From the human T2T-CHM13v2.0 reference genome, Homo sapiens, in the NCBI GenBank assembly GCA_009914755.4, contig CP086569.2, positions 21,376,001-21,440,000 on the forward strand: a DNA stretch of 64,000 nucleotides, in the 5' to 3' direction. Below are positions 34,275 through 47,214 of the stretch, in pieces. The position numbers were made by a program, and so were the translations under genes. The notes under the pieces were generated by a model. The model ran no database searches. It saw nothing but the letters and a program-made list of their open reading frames with translations, and had not been told where the DNA came from. Numbering within the stretch: position 1 is the first letter of the stretch; each line of letters begins with the position of its first letter.

Positions 34275-34540
34275 ATTTTTTTTTGTTTGTTTGCTTGTTT
34301 GTTTGTTTGTTTGTTTGCAACTTCCACCTCTTGGATTCAAGCAATTCTCCTGCCTCAGCCTCCTGAGTAGCTGGGACTACAGGCCTGTGCCACCATGCCT
34401 GGCTAATATTTGTATTTTTAGTACAGACTGGGTTTCACCATGTTGGCCAGGCTAGTCTCGACCTCCTGACCTCAAATGATCTGCCCACCTTGGCCTCCCA
34501 AAGTGCTGGGATTACAGGTGTGAGCCACTGTGCCCCACTG
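34275..34540 (-). mobile_element. Alu SINE (tail end truncated, replaced or followed by a (TTTG)n microsatellite)
   Basis: (TTTG)n then GCAACTTCCACCTCTTGGATTCAAGCAATTCTCCTGCCTCAGCCTCC ... CCCAAAGTGCTGGGATTACAGGTGTGAGCCACTGTGCCCC. Confidence 0.8.
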
Positions 34541-36201
34541 ATCCTCTAGATTTTGGCTTGAATCCACAGTCCTGGAAAAGGGTGGAACTGAAACTCACAA
34601 TCATAGGCCACAATGGTGAGAAACCAAAACCCATAATACCCATAACAAAACACTTCTAGTGTGGGGCATAAGCCCACAATTCTAAAATGCAAGGGTGGTT
34701 TCAACCTTATAATCCTATAATGAGATCAAACACAAGTAAAGGTACAGGCATACATTTTAATAAGGTACTTACCAGAAGGCATCTAATATGAAAGCAGTGT
34801 CTTTTGCCATAGGAGATTAGACCTGAGGGGGCCTCAGGGAACATAAAAGACACTTAAGAGCATCACAGTGCAGAATCAAAAACTCCACACCAAGCCTCTA
34901 GAGAAACTAATGTAGATGGTCACTAAGGGTTGGTGAAATGGGCCTGCATTTCACCAAGGAGCTTCAGCACCCCAGATAGGTTTAGTCTCATCTAAGGTGC
35001 CAGGCTGTTATTGAGCAAAAAAGTGTTTGCTACTTAACACATTAGAAGACAATACCATGACACTTTGTTTTTGAGAAAAGAAATGCTTTCTATTTCAAGT
35101 CCACTCAAAAGAAGACAAAAATATCAAGCTCAAATATATCTTCTTGTACTGGCTTAAAACACTATTTTTATAAAAAATATTCAGAAGGTGAATACTGAAA
35201 TTAACAGGAGACTGGCTGGAAGAAAAAGAAAGTCTGGAAAGTCCTTGGGTATGTGTGCTTATTGTTTATGTTGCATGTGGGCCTTACGTGAAAGTTTGAA
35301 AAAACTTCTTACAAAATATTTGGTGGAAATTTGGGTTTTGACATCAGCAAGCTTGTTCTGCTAAGATTCACTAGACTGCCTTCATCTTTTGGGGTCTTCC
35401 TTATTGTCCTTCAGGAAAGGAAATAGTTGCCACTTTTGAGGATTTGAAGCTCAGGATTTTTCTTTTACTTTATCTACATAAAAAGCATACTAATATAATT
35501 TTTTATTCCTTAGAGTAGGTAGAAGTGGAATGGCAACAATGGAGATGAGACAAATATGTCTCCAAATGGAATGGCTACTACTACTTTGATTTGTTTTTAA
35601 TAATGTTATACGGGAATATAGAAAAAGATGCTGAAAGTATGAAAACTTTCACCAGCATTCCATAATCTCTCCAAAAATAAAACCCCCAATTTACTTTGTA
35701 TGTATTGGAAAACACAAATAACCTCATAGAAATGGAATAAGGTGAGGTGAGATTTATGTCTATCAGGTAAGAGAAAAAGAGTAGATTGTCATAGAATAAA
35801 GAGTTTATTTCATATTTGAACTTAAAATAGTGAGGGCAGCACACCAAAAATAGAAAACAAACCCAGGCAAAGCTGACAAAAAGGCTCTTATAGCTTTAGT
35901 TGTATTGTAGGACTACAAAAGGAATAGAGTAATCTTCTAAATTTTGAAGAAATACATTTGTGAGCCAATATAATCTTCTATTCTCATCTTGGGTAAAATA
36001 AAAGGAAAATCTTGAGTCCAGATTTCTCAGTGTTACAACAACAGAAATTTCCTTTCATAGAAAAAAATAAAGAAGTCCCAAAAGGTAAATGTAGTAAAAA
36101 CATTCTGTAAATTACATTGAGGACTTACTGTAAAAAATATATATATATTCTCCTGTTCAAGTCATTCAGTAAATGATAAATTATTATAAATATATAGATA
36201 G

Positions 36202-36487
<286 letters not shown>

Positions 36488-37216
36488 ACAATCTTTTCAA
36501 AATGTAGCACTGTATCTTTCTTCTTTTACAGATTCCCAAGAGAAAGAAAGCTGAGAAAGAACTGTTCTCTGTTCAATCCGACAAGTCACACAGATTTCTC
36601 ATGATTTCCAAGAGACATCTTGTGTCCTCCAATTGTTGAATATCCAAGAGCTCCTCCCTATTTCAGAGTGACATATATAAACCCCCAGAAAGCATCTGGG
36701 ATGCTGAACATCAGTTTGTTTCTTTGTGCAAAAATTAGTATTAGAAAGAGGACACATCAAATAGCATGACCTCAGGATTAGTCTACCATTCTCTTCTGGT
36801 ATTCAATACAGGTCACTTTCTAAATCCCTAAGAGAAAGTGGCAATTGGAGTATGATTGCTGCTTCTTGCTTCAATAATCTCACAAATCTATTTTGCTATA
36901 GCAATAATTTATCTAATTATTTTCTCTTAACTTGGTCATTTAACAGAAGTAGCTATGGTATGCTCAAGAGAAATACAGCCTTCCAAAACCATTGCAGCCA
37001 CCTGGGCATTTCACTCAGTTTGCCAGTCAATTTGATCCTGCATTGTTCATAACAGAATTTGTAGTCTATGACTCCTACTCTCATCCCTAGTCCTCTGGTT
37101 TTCCCATGAAACCTGAAAAAACACAATTTAGTGTGCAATCCCCAGGTGTGCAAAAATTTAGAACTACAACACACCAGGAAAGGAGGAGCTTCAACTCATG
37201 AGCAAGTGCATGGTCT

Positions 37217-38236
37217 TGAACTTCTTCCTGGACACTTTTAACCAGGAAAACCACAGCCAAAGGAAAACCTCAAAATCAATGCCTACTGTCATGCTAGAGA
37301 TATGTCTCCAATTTCAATCAGAGCAGTGGACTGGAACTCCTCTACTAACTCAAGAAAAAAGACCTCCAAAACTTTAAACTTGGCCAGGGTGAAATGGCAG
37401 ATTCTCTGTAGTGAGAAAAGAAAACAGTTAGGCAGTTAGGGTGCATCCTGGATAAAGCTCCTTTAACAGAGAAACAGCCTGAAAAATCAGGCTGCAGGGA
37501 CAGATAAGGGTGCTAGCACAGGAAACTGGCCCAGAGACATGCATGCAACTGTACTAGTAAAGGAACAAGGTGCAATATAGAATGCCTCAGTCCTTTGTAC
37601 CATAGACATGCTCACAGCTCAAATGAAAAAAGAATAAGGCCTGACATAGAAACACCTCAGTTCTTTGTGCCTCAGAAATGCCTGAGCTACACTGATAAGA
37701 GAGAAGCCCTAACATAGAAAAGCCTTTGCCTTTGGTATAACCATCAGGCTCCCAGAAAATAGTATCTTCTTTTGTGGGCATGTATACGGTGGGGTGTGGT
37801 GGGCTCTAGTGGAACTTTCTTTTTTTTTTGGACATGCTTTGGACTGTGATCCCAGCCTCTGTGAATCACCACTTCAGTCCCTGATTGGTCCCAGGTCAAG
37901 CTCCAGTATTAAAAATACTGCACTCATTCATACCAGGCAGAAGTCCCCACAGCCCAAGCTTAGTAGCACTTTCAACAAGACTTCCCAGAGATCAATCAGC
38001 ACATTTCCACCCTTCCCAGTTCATTAAAATCTTGAACTTAGCCTCACTGTTGGCAAACATCTCAAGCCCCCTCTCTCCATCGCAGAGAGCTTTTTTTCCC
38101 CACTTATTAAATTTTCACTACAACCTCACCCTTGTTTCCAGACTTCTTAATTTTCTTTATCATGAAAAAAAGAACTCCTGATGATACCTCACAACAAGGG
38201 ACTGCTACTTTGTGGTGCATTGGTGAGACTGTAACA
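37217..38236 (+). repeat. 5' LTR of the + ERV (~1.0 kb), with U3 tandem ~50-bp repeats, a CCAAT-like CTGATTGGTCC box and an ATTAAA poly-A signal, ending ...GACTGTAACA
   Basis: The 3' 380 bp matches the 3' LTR. The upstream part (GGGACAGATAAGG...CATGCATGCAACTG) matches the LTRs of the neighbouring - provirus. U3 repeats lie at ~37540-37770 (AATGCCTCAGTCCTTTGTACCATAGACATGC / ACACCTCAGTTCTTTGTGCCTCAGAAATGC / AAGCCTTTGCCTTTGGTATAACCATCAGGC). Confidence 0.65.
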
Positions 38237-38240
38237 TCTT

Positions 38241-38258
38241 TGGTTCATTGGCCAGGAA
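38241..38258 (+). promoter_or_regulatory. Putative primer-binding site TGGTTCATTGGCCAGGAA, 14/18 to the tRNA-Glu complement TGGTTCCCTGACCGGGAA
   Basis: It sits 4 nt downstream of the LTR-terminal CA (ACA-TCTT-TGG...), matching the gammaretroviral U5-TT-PBS spacing. The mismatches are largely CpG-decay transitions. Confidence 0.4.
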
Positions 38259-40630
38259 AAAGACCCATCAAAAGAGTGAGTAGAAGTGGATTCTTAACTT
38301 TTTACTTTCATTTCTGACATTTCTCAGCCTCAGTATTTTCAAGAGTAAGTGAAACACTGGGCCCCTGTCAGCCAGTTAAAAGCCAGTAGTGTGGCTGCAA
38401 GCCCTAAAAGACTAAGGAGACAGGTGTGCTGGAGAGGATTTTGCCAATCCCATTTTACCTTAAAATGTTGAGAATGTTGGCTGTGTTTCAATTTAATTTT
38501 CTTTCACTGACTGCTATGGCTGTTGGCTCTGTGGCTTCATAACCTAAAGGCCCATGGACTGGCCCTATTGGCTGATAGTATTTCAGGGAGTTTTCACTAG
38601 GATTTCCAGCCTTTCCCATTGCATTTGCTTTCTTTCTTTTCATTACTATTATGGCTTCTATCCCTTCTTTAAGTACAAAGTTGTGAATATTTTTGCAACC
38701 TGAGAATATAATCTTCTTGGGTAAAATCAGCTGTTTCTTAGTAATCAGGAATGTAATTCAAAGAGTTACTGATTTTGTGATTTTCTAGAAACAATAGGAA
38801 CTTAATGTTTTAGTCTAATTTTTCACCTTTAAGGGCCTTTTTGCCTCAATAATAAACATTGATGGCACTGAATGGGAAGATATTCCACTGAGTGAATACC
38901 CTTCTATTTGTTTTTTTTTCTTTCCTCCCTGTAAGAATTCAGCACTGCTCAATGAATCTAAATGCCTCCTTTATTTTTTTTTGAGACAAGTTAATTTTCT
39001 TTTGCTGCAAGGCATACTGTGGGGACAGGTTTGTCAAGCCCCAAATATCTCTTTCTAAATTCTGTCTGGAAAGAATTTGGAATCAAAGTTACCTAACATT
39101 TCAAACCTTACAGCTCCACATAGTGGAGTGGGATTTTCCTCTGTGGGGAGCCTTGTTGACCCCTCACACCAAATCTTTACTTTCCCAATTATTCTTCCTC
39201 CTACATTCCTCTAACAGTGATCAGACTCCATAACTGATCTATAGGCAGAAAACTTTCACTTTCAGAAGTCAAGAGGAAGCTGCTCTTCAGAGCAGTACCC
39301 ATCAAAGAAAAAATACCCATTTATTCCTATGTTCTTTCAGGTACCTGTTCTGCATCCAGCTACACTGGCTTTTAAATAAACAATGGATTTTATATTTGGG
39401 AATCAATTCATCCATTTTCTCTAGGATTTCACTATTTCACTAGGGACATGGCAAAGGAAGCCAGGGACAGTATTAAGACACTCTTCATTAAAGGGCCTCC
39501 CCAAATTCAACTACTACATAATCCCTCCCAGGCTCCTGGAATACCTCGGGAGCATTTTTGAAATGAGGAATCACCAGCAGAGAGCTAGGGTATCATGCAC
39601 ATAAACATGATTACTCTTGCCAGCTAGTTCCTCCAGATCCATGGATGAAGGTCATGATTGAATTCATGGATGACACTATGATGGTCACCAGGCCTCAGAG
39701 GACATTTAAGGGAAGAAATTATGGGAGACACTTTTTCTATTTTCTTTCCTCCTTGGGTAATTACTTCAAATGAAAAAGAAACTAAGGTACACCTTCTTTT
39801 CCTCTCTCTTTTAGATGAGTAACAAACCATCTTCAGCCTGCAGTCTTCTCAAATGCATTCTGAAACACTAAAACTGCTGTGACCCTCAGACTCTAAGAAA
39901 AAAATTCCTCATTTTTTTTGCACAAGATTGTTGCCATCTTACCAACTGCAGGAAGGGCAGAAGGTCTGGCCTCCTGAGAGAAGTGTTAATTTCAATACTA
40001 TCCAACAACTAGATCTTTCTGCTAATGGGAGAGAAAATGATCCAAGTTTCCATATGTACAAGCTTTCTTTTCCTTGTGAGACAACCCAGATTTTTATAAG
40101 CATTGTAAAATTGACCCTGCCCTCTTGGCAGTCATATCAGACAAACCTACAAATGATAATTCCCCAAAGTCAGAAAGACAAATTCCTGGGGAACCCTCTA
40201 ATGCACCTTCTGGATGCCCTACCTGATCCCCTTACCTGGGGTTCCATTTACCATTTTATGAGATCCTCTGGATATGCCACCTAAGTAACACACCCAACTT
40301 CACTGTTGCCCTTACAAGAAATGTCTGATGGACATGGTGCTACTATACTTAAACTTTCTTTTCCATTTCAGGACCTTAGACAAATAAAGGGGGACCTAGG
40401 CAAGTTTTCTATGATCCAGATAGATATGTAGAGGCCTTCCAAAATTTAACCCAAGTGTTTGATCCTACCTGGAGAGATGCTATGTTACTTCTAAACCAAA
40501 CCCTAACTGTCAGAAATACAGGCAGGCCTACAAGAAGCAGAAATATTCAGAGACAACATATCTCCTGTAGCAGTCTAAAAGTCTACAAGGAAAGATATCT
40601 AGAAGAAGATATGCTAAAAGAGCAAAGCAA

Positions 40631-41102
<472 letters not shown>

Positions 41103-41605
41103 CTAATGTGCATACAGGAAGGCCTATGAGGGACTATAGCCAGACATTTTCATTACTCTCAGCTATCCATGATATATCAAAAGCCAGATGAAAATCTGTC
41201 AGCTTTTGTGTAAAGGTGGAGAGAAGCTTCAGTGAAACACATCTCTCTGTATTTTGATTCTGTTAAAAGACAGTTAATCCTAAAAGAAAAGTAAGACAAG
41301 TTCAAACAGGCCACCTGTTCAAACAGCACCCTAGAGAACTTCCTAAAAGTGGCTACCTAAGTCTTTTACAAGGAGCTAGGAGGAGGTCCAGGAGAAAAAA
41401 GAACAGAGGCTCCAGTGGCCTCATTATAGGCCTAAAAAATCCAGGATTCATGAGGTGTGCCTGCTAACTGCTACCAATGTGGAAAGCCAGGACATGTTAG
41501 CAAGAACTGCTGTGACAAAAAAAGGAAGCCATCTTGACTCTGTTCAGCCTATGATGGGGTCCACTGGAAGTAAAACTGTCCCAGGAAACATAAACCAGCA
41601 GGTCT

Positions 41606-41860
41606 GTGGGTGCAGTCTCCCAGATAGTACAGCAAGATGGAGAAGTCCCAAGACTCAGTTCCCTTGCACCAACGGCTCAAGCTGCCATCACTATCCAGGA
41701 GCACTGGGTGATTCTGGAGATGGAAGGGAGAAAGGTAGACTTCTTTCTGGACACTGGAGTTTGTCTCTCTGTTCTCCTTTCTAATCTAGGCCTTCTATTC
41801 TCCCATAGCACAAATGTGGTGAGCATTTCCAAAAAAAATTCCTTAGCTATCTCTTTCTAA
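41606..41860 (+). pseudogene. Retroviral aspartic protease remnant (active-site DTG at 41750-41758)
   Basis: ORF translation ...VILEMEGRKVDFFLDTGVCLSVL... matches the retropepsin consensus (hydrophobic-hydrophobic-D-T/S-G-A). It is in a different frame from the gag CCHC. Confidence 0.65.
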
Positions 41861-42239
41861 GACCTTTGTCATAGTTAGGGAAACCTGCTATTTACCCATG
41901 TTTTTTAAAACCATGCTTGACAGTCACAATTCTTAACTAGGTAGAGATATCCCAGCCTATATGTGAGCCAGCATCCTAATGACTCCAGAACAAAGTCTTT
42001 ATCTTCATTTCATGGAAACCTGTATTAACCCAGAAGTATGGGCAACTCCAGAAAAAATTGGCTGGGCTAGTCATTGTACCAGTACAGATTCACCTTAAGT
42101 ATCCCACTTATTTTACTAAATATCTCCTAAAGTCAGAATCTAGGAAAGGGCTAAAAGCCTTCATTGATAACCTAAAAGCACAGGGCTTTCTTAGGCCCTG
42201 AAACAACCCTTGCAACACCCCAAAATTAAAAGGGCGGAA

Positions 42240-42800
42240 ACACAATAGGAAATGGAGGCTAGTTCAGGACTTCTATCTCATTAATGAGGCTGTGGTTACA
42301 CATCATCTGCTAGTTCCTAATCCTTATATATTGCTAACTTTGAGGGAATCCAAAGTTTCACAGTTCTAGACCTGAAGAATGCCTTTTTCTGAATACCATT
42401 GCACCCTGACTCTCAATACTTGTTTGCCTTCAAAGATTCCCCAAAAGACCACCCAGTTAACCTGCATGGTGCTGCCTCAGGGATTCTGAGACACCTCTCA
42501 CTTGTTTGTTTTGGCATTTCCAAAAGACCTCTCTGAATTCTCTCATCTTCAGATTAAAATTTTACAGTATGTTGATGACATTCTACTTTGTGTCTCAATT
42601 GACAGGGCTTTGCAGGAAGGCACTAAAGCTATTCTTAATTTCCTAGGTGACAGAGGGTATAAGATTTCAAAATCTAATGCTCAGCTTTGTCAAATTTCAG
42701 TAAAGTATCTAGAGGAGATCAGAACATTGGGTGAAGAGAGAATTAAGTGGAAAATTTCCCCTTTTCCCCTTTCCAAGCCCCTCAGCTAGGTGGCTTTTTG
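42240..42800 (+). pseudogene. Reverse transcriptase remnant (YVDD catalytic motif at 42568-42579)
   Basis: ORF 42502-42789 ...LQIKILQYVDDILLCVS... Upstream, ...KHNRKWRLVQDFYLINEAVVTHHLLVPNPYILLT... and ...LPQGF... motifs are typical of gammaretroviral RT. Stops interrupt the frame. Confidence 0.7.
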
Positions 42801-44267
42801 GGCATTATAGGTTTCTGCAGGTTGTGGATACTGGGGTACAGCAAAATACCTTGCCTCCTACATGGCTTTGTGAAAGAAACTCAGAAAGCTAAAATTCACT
42901 CCCTGACCTGAGAACCTGAGTTTCAAAAGGCTTTTAACCAATTAAAACAAGCCTTACTTAAAGCACCTGTCACCAGCCTTCCCATAAGAAATTCATTTAA
43001 TCTTTATGCCTCAGAAAGGAAAGGGATAGCCTTGGCAGTTTTTACTCAGGCCCAATGTCCAGCCCAGTAGCCAGTCAGTTACCTAAGCAAGAAGATCAAC
43101 TTGGTGGCCAAAGGATACCTAGCTTGCCTCTAAGCAGTTTCAGTAGTGGCCTTGTTTGTTTCAGTAACTAATAAGGTGACCATGGGGAATGTCTTAACTG
43201 TTCACACACCCGTCATGTAGCAGGACTGCTGCACTCTAAAGGAAGATGCTGGCTAGCAGAAAATTGCCTTCTCAAATATTAAGCTTTGCTGCTGGAGGGA
43301 TCTGAAGTTCAGTGAAAAACCTATCCTTGCCTAAACTCAGCCAACTTCCTCCCAGAGAAAACTAAACAAGCTGAACATGACTGTGAACAGATAGTAGTCC
43401 AAACCTAAGAAGCCATGCAGGACCTTAAAGAACTTCCCTAGAAAACCCAGACTAGACCACTTTTAATAATGACACCTCTTTTGTAGAACAAGGAACCCAA
43501 GAAGCAGCATATACTCATGGAACAATAGCAACCCTGGGTGAAATTATTGATGGTATGTCTCTCTCACAGGCGCCAGTGCTCAATTAGCTGAGTTAATTTG
43601 CCCTCATGAGGGTGCTCAAACTAAGGAAAGGAAAGGTCGTAAGCATTTATACTTATTCTAGATATGCTTTTCTGGTTTTTCATGCCTTTTTGGAAAGAAA
43701 AACACTCACTAACTCCTAATGGTTATCCCATGAAATACCATCAGGAAGTTGACAGAATGTTGTCCTGTTTTTCTTTCACAGAGAATGGCAGTAATATATT
43801 GCAGAGTTTACCAGAAGTGGATAGATAACATCACTGAGGGAAACAGACTAGCAGATTAAGCAACTTAGTCAGCAACAAAAAGATTAGAGTGATGTTACAC
43901 ACTCGAAGCTCTTCCAAAGTGGGAATTTTCCAAAGAGAAAATAAAGCCTCAGTATTTCCCTGCAAAGATAGAATAGGCTACTTCTGAAGGATACATTTTT
44001 CAGTCCTTGGATGGTTACAGTGGATGGAAGGAAAATTCCACTTGTCATCCTCCAGTCAGTGAAAAGTTCCTGATGTCCTTTACCAAGGTTTTCACTTAGG
44101 AAATGATAAAACCTACCAAGTAGGCCAGAGATTGTTCTCAAATAAAAATATGATAAAAACAGTAAAACAGATTTTTAATACTTGTGAAACCTGCCTTAAA
44201 AATAATTCCCTCTAGAGATGGCTTCTCTGCCAGAGCTCAACTTCACTAACTAGGTAAAGACATTTCC

Positions 44268-44946
44268 ATGCCAAACAGAAAAGGGCTCTTAGTAAAAGCA
44301 GTAATCAATGAGATAATTACTCTCTTTGAACTCCCTCAACACTTCCAAAGAGACAATGGCCCCTCATTTAAAGCAACTATTACCCAAGGTGTCTCAAGAG
44401 ACCTGGGCATACAATGCTATCTTCATTGGGCCTGGAGACCACAGTCTTCAGAAAAGACGGAGAAAATAAATAATATTATTAAAAGACTTACCAGGAAGCT
44501 GTCTCAAGCAACTAACTCTCTCGGATTACTCTTCTTTTCATGGCCTTAATCTGGATGAGAAACACCTTTTTAAACTTGTTGAGTCACTTTAAAAATGGTA
44601 TATGGACAGGCTTAAATAAACAAGATTTCTCATTAGATCAGGAACTTATGAAATGGTTAAACATATAACCTCCCTAATCCACTTCCAATGTGAATTAAAA
44701 CTATTATCAGAATTCCATCCGTGAGAACTGCACCTAACTCGTTTTAACCCAGAAGACTTGGTACTGGTTAAGGCTCTTCCCTTTTTTTCCCTGTCTAGAC
44801 CCAGTTGGGAGGGACCTTATACTGTCCTCCTCTCCAACCGCTCAGTGGTGAAGTTTGCAGGAATCAACTCTTGGATTCATCATGATCTAGTCACAGCTTG
44901 GAAAGCAGAGACAGCAGCCCCTAACAATCAAGAAAAATTTAAATGA
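44268..44946 (+). pseudogene. Integrase remnant (catalytic core and C-terminal domain)
   Basis: ORF 44268-44549 ...FELPQHFQRDNGPSFKATITQGVSRDLGIQ..HWAWRPQSSEKTE.INNIIK... shows the DD35E core. ORF 44758-44946 ...WEGPYTVLLSNRSVVKFAGINSWIHHDLV... shows the C-terminal W-x-GP-Y, V-K and W-IH motifs. Confidence 0.7.
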
Positions 44947-45422
44947 GTAAAACTTCAGAAGGAAATTATCTACTACATCATACTTATAGGAATTATTTTG
45001 CTTACTTTTTTTTTTCAGTAGGGTTTTACACTGTGGCACCTTCTGAGTGGAATATTGACCAGAGTCTCAACAGCCATAAACTTTTGCTGAATTATTATCC
45101 TTATAGCAGAAATAGTAGTCACAGATTAGATTATGTTACTATCAAGTTTACTAACATTCACTGTTAAATGGAGCAACGTTTCACACCCCTTGGCTCTTAC
45201 AAAATCAACAATCACTCATCTACACAAAAAGACTAATTTCTGGGTTTGCCCTAATTGTTGAGTTCAATATCAGTGAGGGATCTTTTGCTGTTTCAGAACT
45301 CACTGTTAGCTCTACCTTTATACATTATAGACTTTCAAGGTATAAATAGAACATGGTATGAGTGCACTTTTGACTCCAGTTGAAAGATACATCCCTCCAG
45401 GGTAAGAAATTGGCCAAGCTTT

Positions 45423-45747
45423 CACTTCAGCCCGTGACTGTTCCCAGGCCTAGGTTCTGGGCCAAGCTGAGTAGGCTTCTCCAAGACAGGCTGCAGAGCA
45501 GACAGCACATTCTTCCCTTTCTCAGTTCATAGAAACCCTTGACTCAGCCTTATATTGGGCAATCCTCTTAGGCCTCCTCTCCAGTGTAAAGAGCTTTTTG
45601 TTGTTGTTATTAAACTTTTGCCACGACTTCACACTTGTGTCTACACTCCTTAATTTTCTTGGTTGTGAGACAAAGATCTCTGGGTCTACTCACAATGAGA
45701 GACAAGGAGAGACTGCTACATTGTCTTGCATTGGCAAAACTGTAACA
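45423..45747 (+). repeat. 3' LTR of the + ERV, 5'-truncated (only ~325 bp of R-U5-proximal sequence retained), ending ...AACTGTAACA
   Basis: It aligns to 37860-38236 at ~70-75% identity (CACTTCAG..CCCAGG..; AGAGCTTTTT..TTATTAAA(T/C)TTT..CTTAATTTTCTT..GACTGCTAC.TTGT..GCATTGG..ACTGTAACA). Confidence 0.6.
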
Positions 45748-46015
45748 GTAGCATCTCAGTCCCAAGAGCAGTTTTATCTGCTAAAGTTCAGAGCCACCAA
45801 GAGTAGGCATAGTACATCCTGGGGAGGACTCATCCCAAAAGTAATGCAGTAGAACAGGCTTTTGTGCCACAAGCAAAGAGGCAATTTTTATGTACCCAGG
45901 CAATTTTAAGTGACCCAGAGTAGTAAATTCAAATATTTTAGTACACTGAGTAACTGAGTAGGTGCAGAAGGCAGGTTTCTCAAATTTTTTTATCCAAAAT
46001 ACAGTTTTATTCAAA

Positions 46016-47152
46016 CAGAAGACAGTCTAATATAAATGATAACCATGCTCTGCTGAAGCAAGAATAGGTAATGAAATTCTGCAATTACAGTAAACTCTTC
46101 TGCTTAAAAAAGCAGTGGATTATATGAGTTGCTGATAAAGTGCTAGAGGATAAAGAAGGGTAAGATGATATAGACAAGGCCAGGATCTGGCTATTTTGGG
46201 AAACAGGAACAGCTCTAGATGTGGCTGAAGGCCATATAGACATATTTGATATTTAATAAACTAAAGTGTTATTTTCTTTTGCTCAGTATATCCCAGGGCT
46301 TTGGACAAGAATAACTTGAGTGTCACTACTTATAAAATCAGGCGATATCAATTTGGAATGAAGGATAACTTACTTCTACATCTAGCCAAGCTAAGCTAGG
46401 GTATAACTTCACTAGCCAAGTTAGATGCAGGCAGTGAACTACATAGTCTGCTGTAAGTATATTTTTTGTTAGATTATATAACTATATTTTGCCAGCACAG
46501 AGGAGACCCTGAACTAGTTGCCCACTAGAAGGCCAGTTCTGGGGTTTTCGTGAATTGGAAAGGATAATTAATGTGTTTAGTCTGTGGGCTGTCTTGGAGA
46601 TTATGTGACTCAACTTTGCCTGGGATGAATCAAGGGGACAAGTGAAAATTTATAGAGGTTGATTAGCTTGGTCAGGACCTATTAGGAGCTGAAGTAAAAA
46701 CTTGCCCCAAGACCTTGGCCCAGGACCAATCAGAGGCTGAAGTGATAATTCATATAAGGCCAATTCTCAGTCCAAGAAAAGGAAACTGCCCACTGAAACT
46801 ACTAAAGCCCACTGTGTTCATGCCAAAAAAAGGGGAAGACACTTTTTACTGAGAGACCACTGACTATACAAAGGGCAAAGTCATCATTATGCCAGGTCTT
46901 GTTCCCTATCTGAATGAGCTGAAAGTTTGGGTAAATTTTTATCCAGTTGGACTGGTGGTACTTTTATTTTGCAGCTGCAGGCATGTCTCCAGGCAAAACA
47001 TCCTGTGTTACTTTCCTTATCTGTGCCCACAGGTTGATTTACATTCCAGGCTGCTTTTTATGTGTTGTGGTGATGAGGCATTGACTTACAGGTTGGGGGC
47101 TGAGGACCCTTCCCTTGCTATCTACCTAACACAAGCCAACTAACTTGTTTCA
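46016..47152 (-). repeat. 3' LTR of the - ERV; the polypurine tract GAGGGGGGAC lies immediately upstream on the - strand (+ strand 47154-47163)
   Basis: Homology to 59014-60074 begins with ...GCCAACTAACTTGTTTCA vs ...CAGCTAACTATTTTCA and continues through GGACCAATCAG (an inverted CCAAT box). The + strand then reads GTCCCCCCTC, which is the PPT complement. Confidence 0.6.
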
Positions 47153-47214
47153 GTCCCCCCTCAGTAGTAGAGACAATAATTGCTGTTAGGGAAATTGGGT
47201 CTTGATCTTTTTGG

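Noticed and set aside
41455-44946. ERV gag/pro/pol reading frames as potentially intact, expressible retroviral genes
   Set aside because: Every domain is interrupted by stops and frameshifts. The CCHC knuckle, DTG and YVDD motifs sit in different frames with intervening stops, and no frame exceeds ~120 codons. Both proviruses are pseudogenised.
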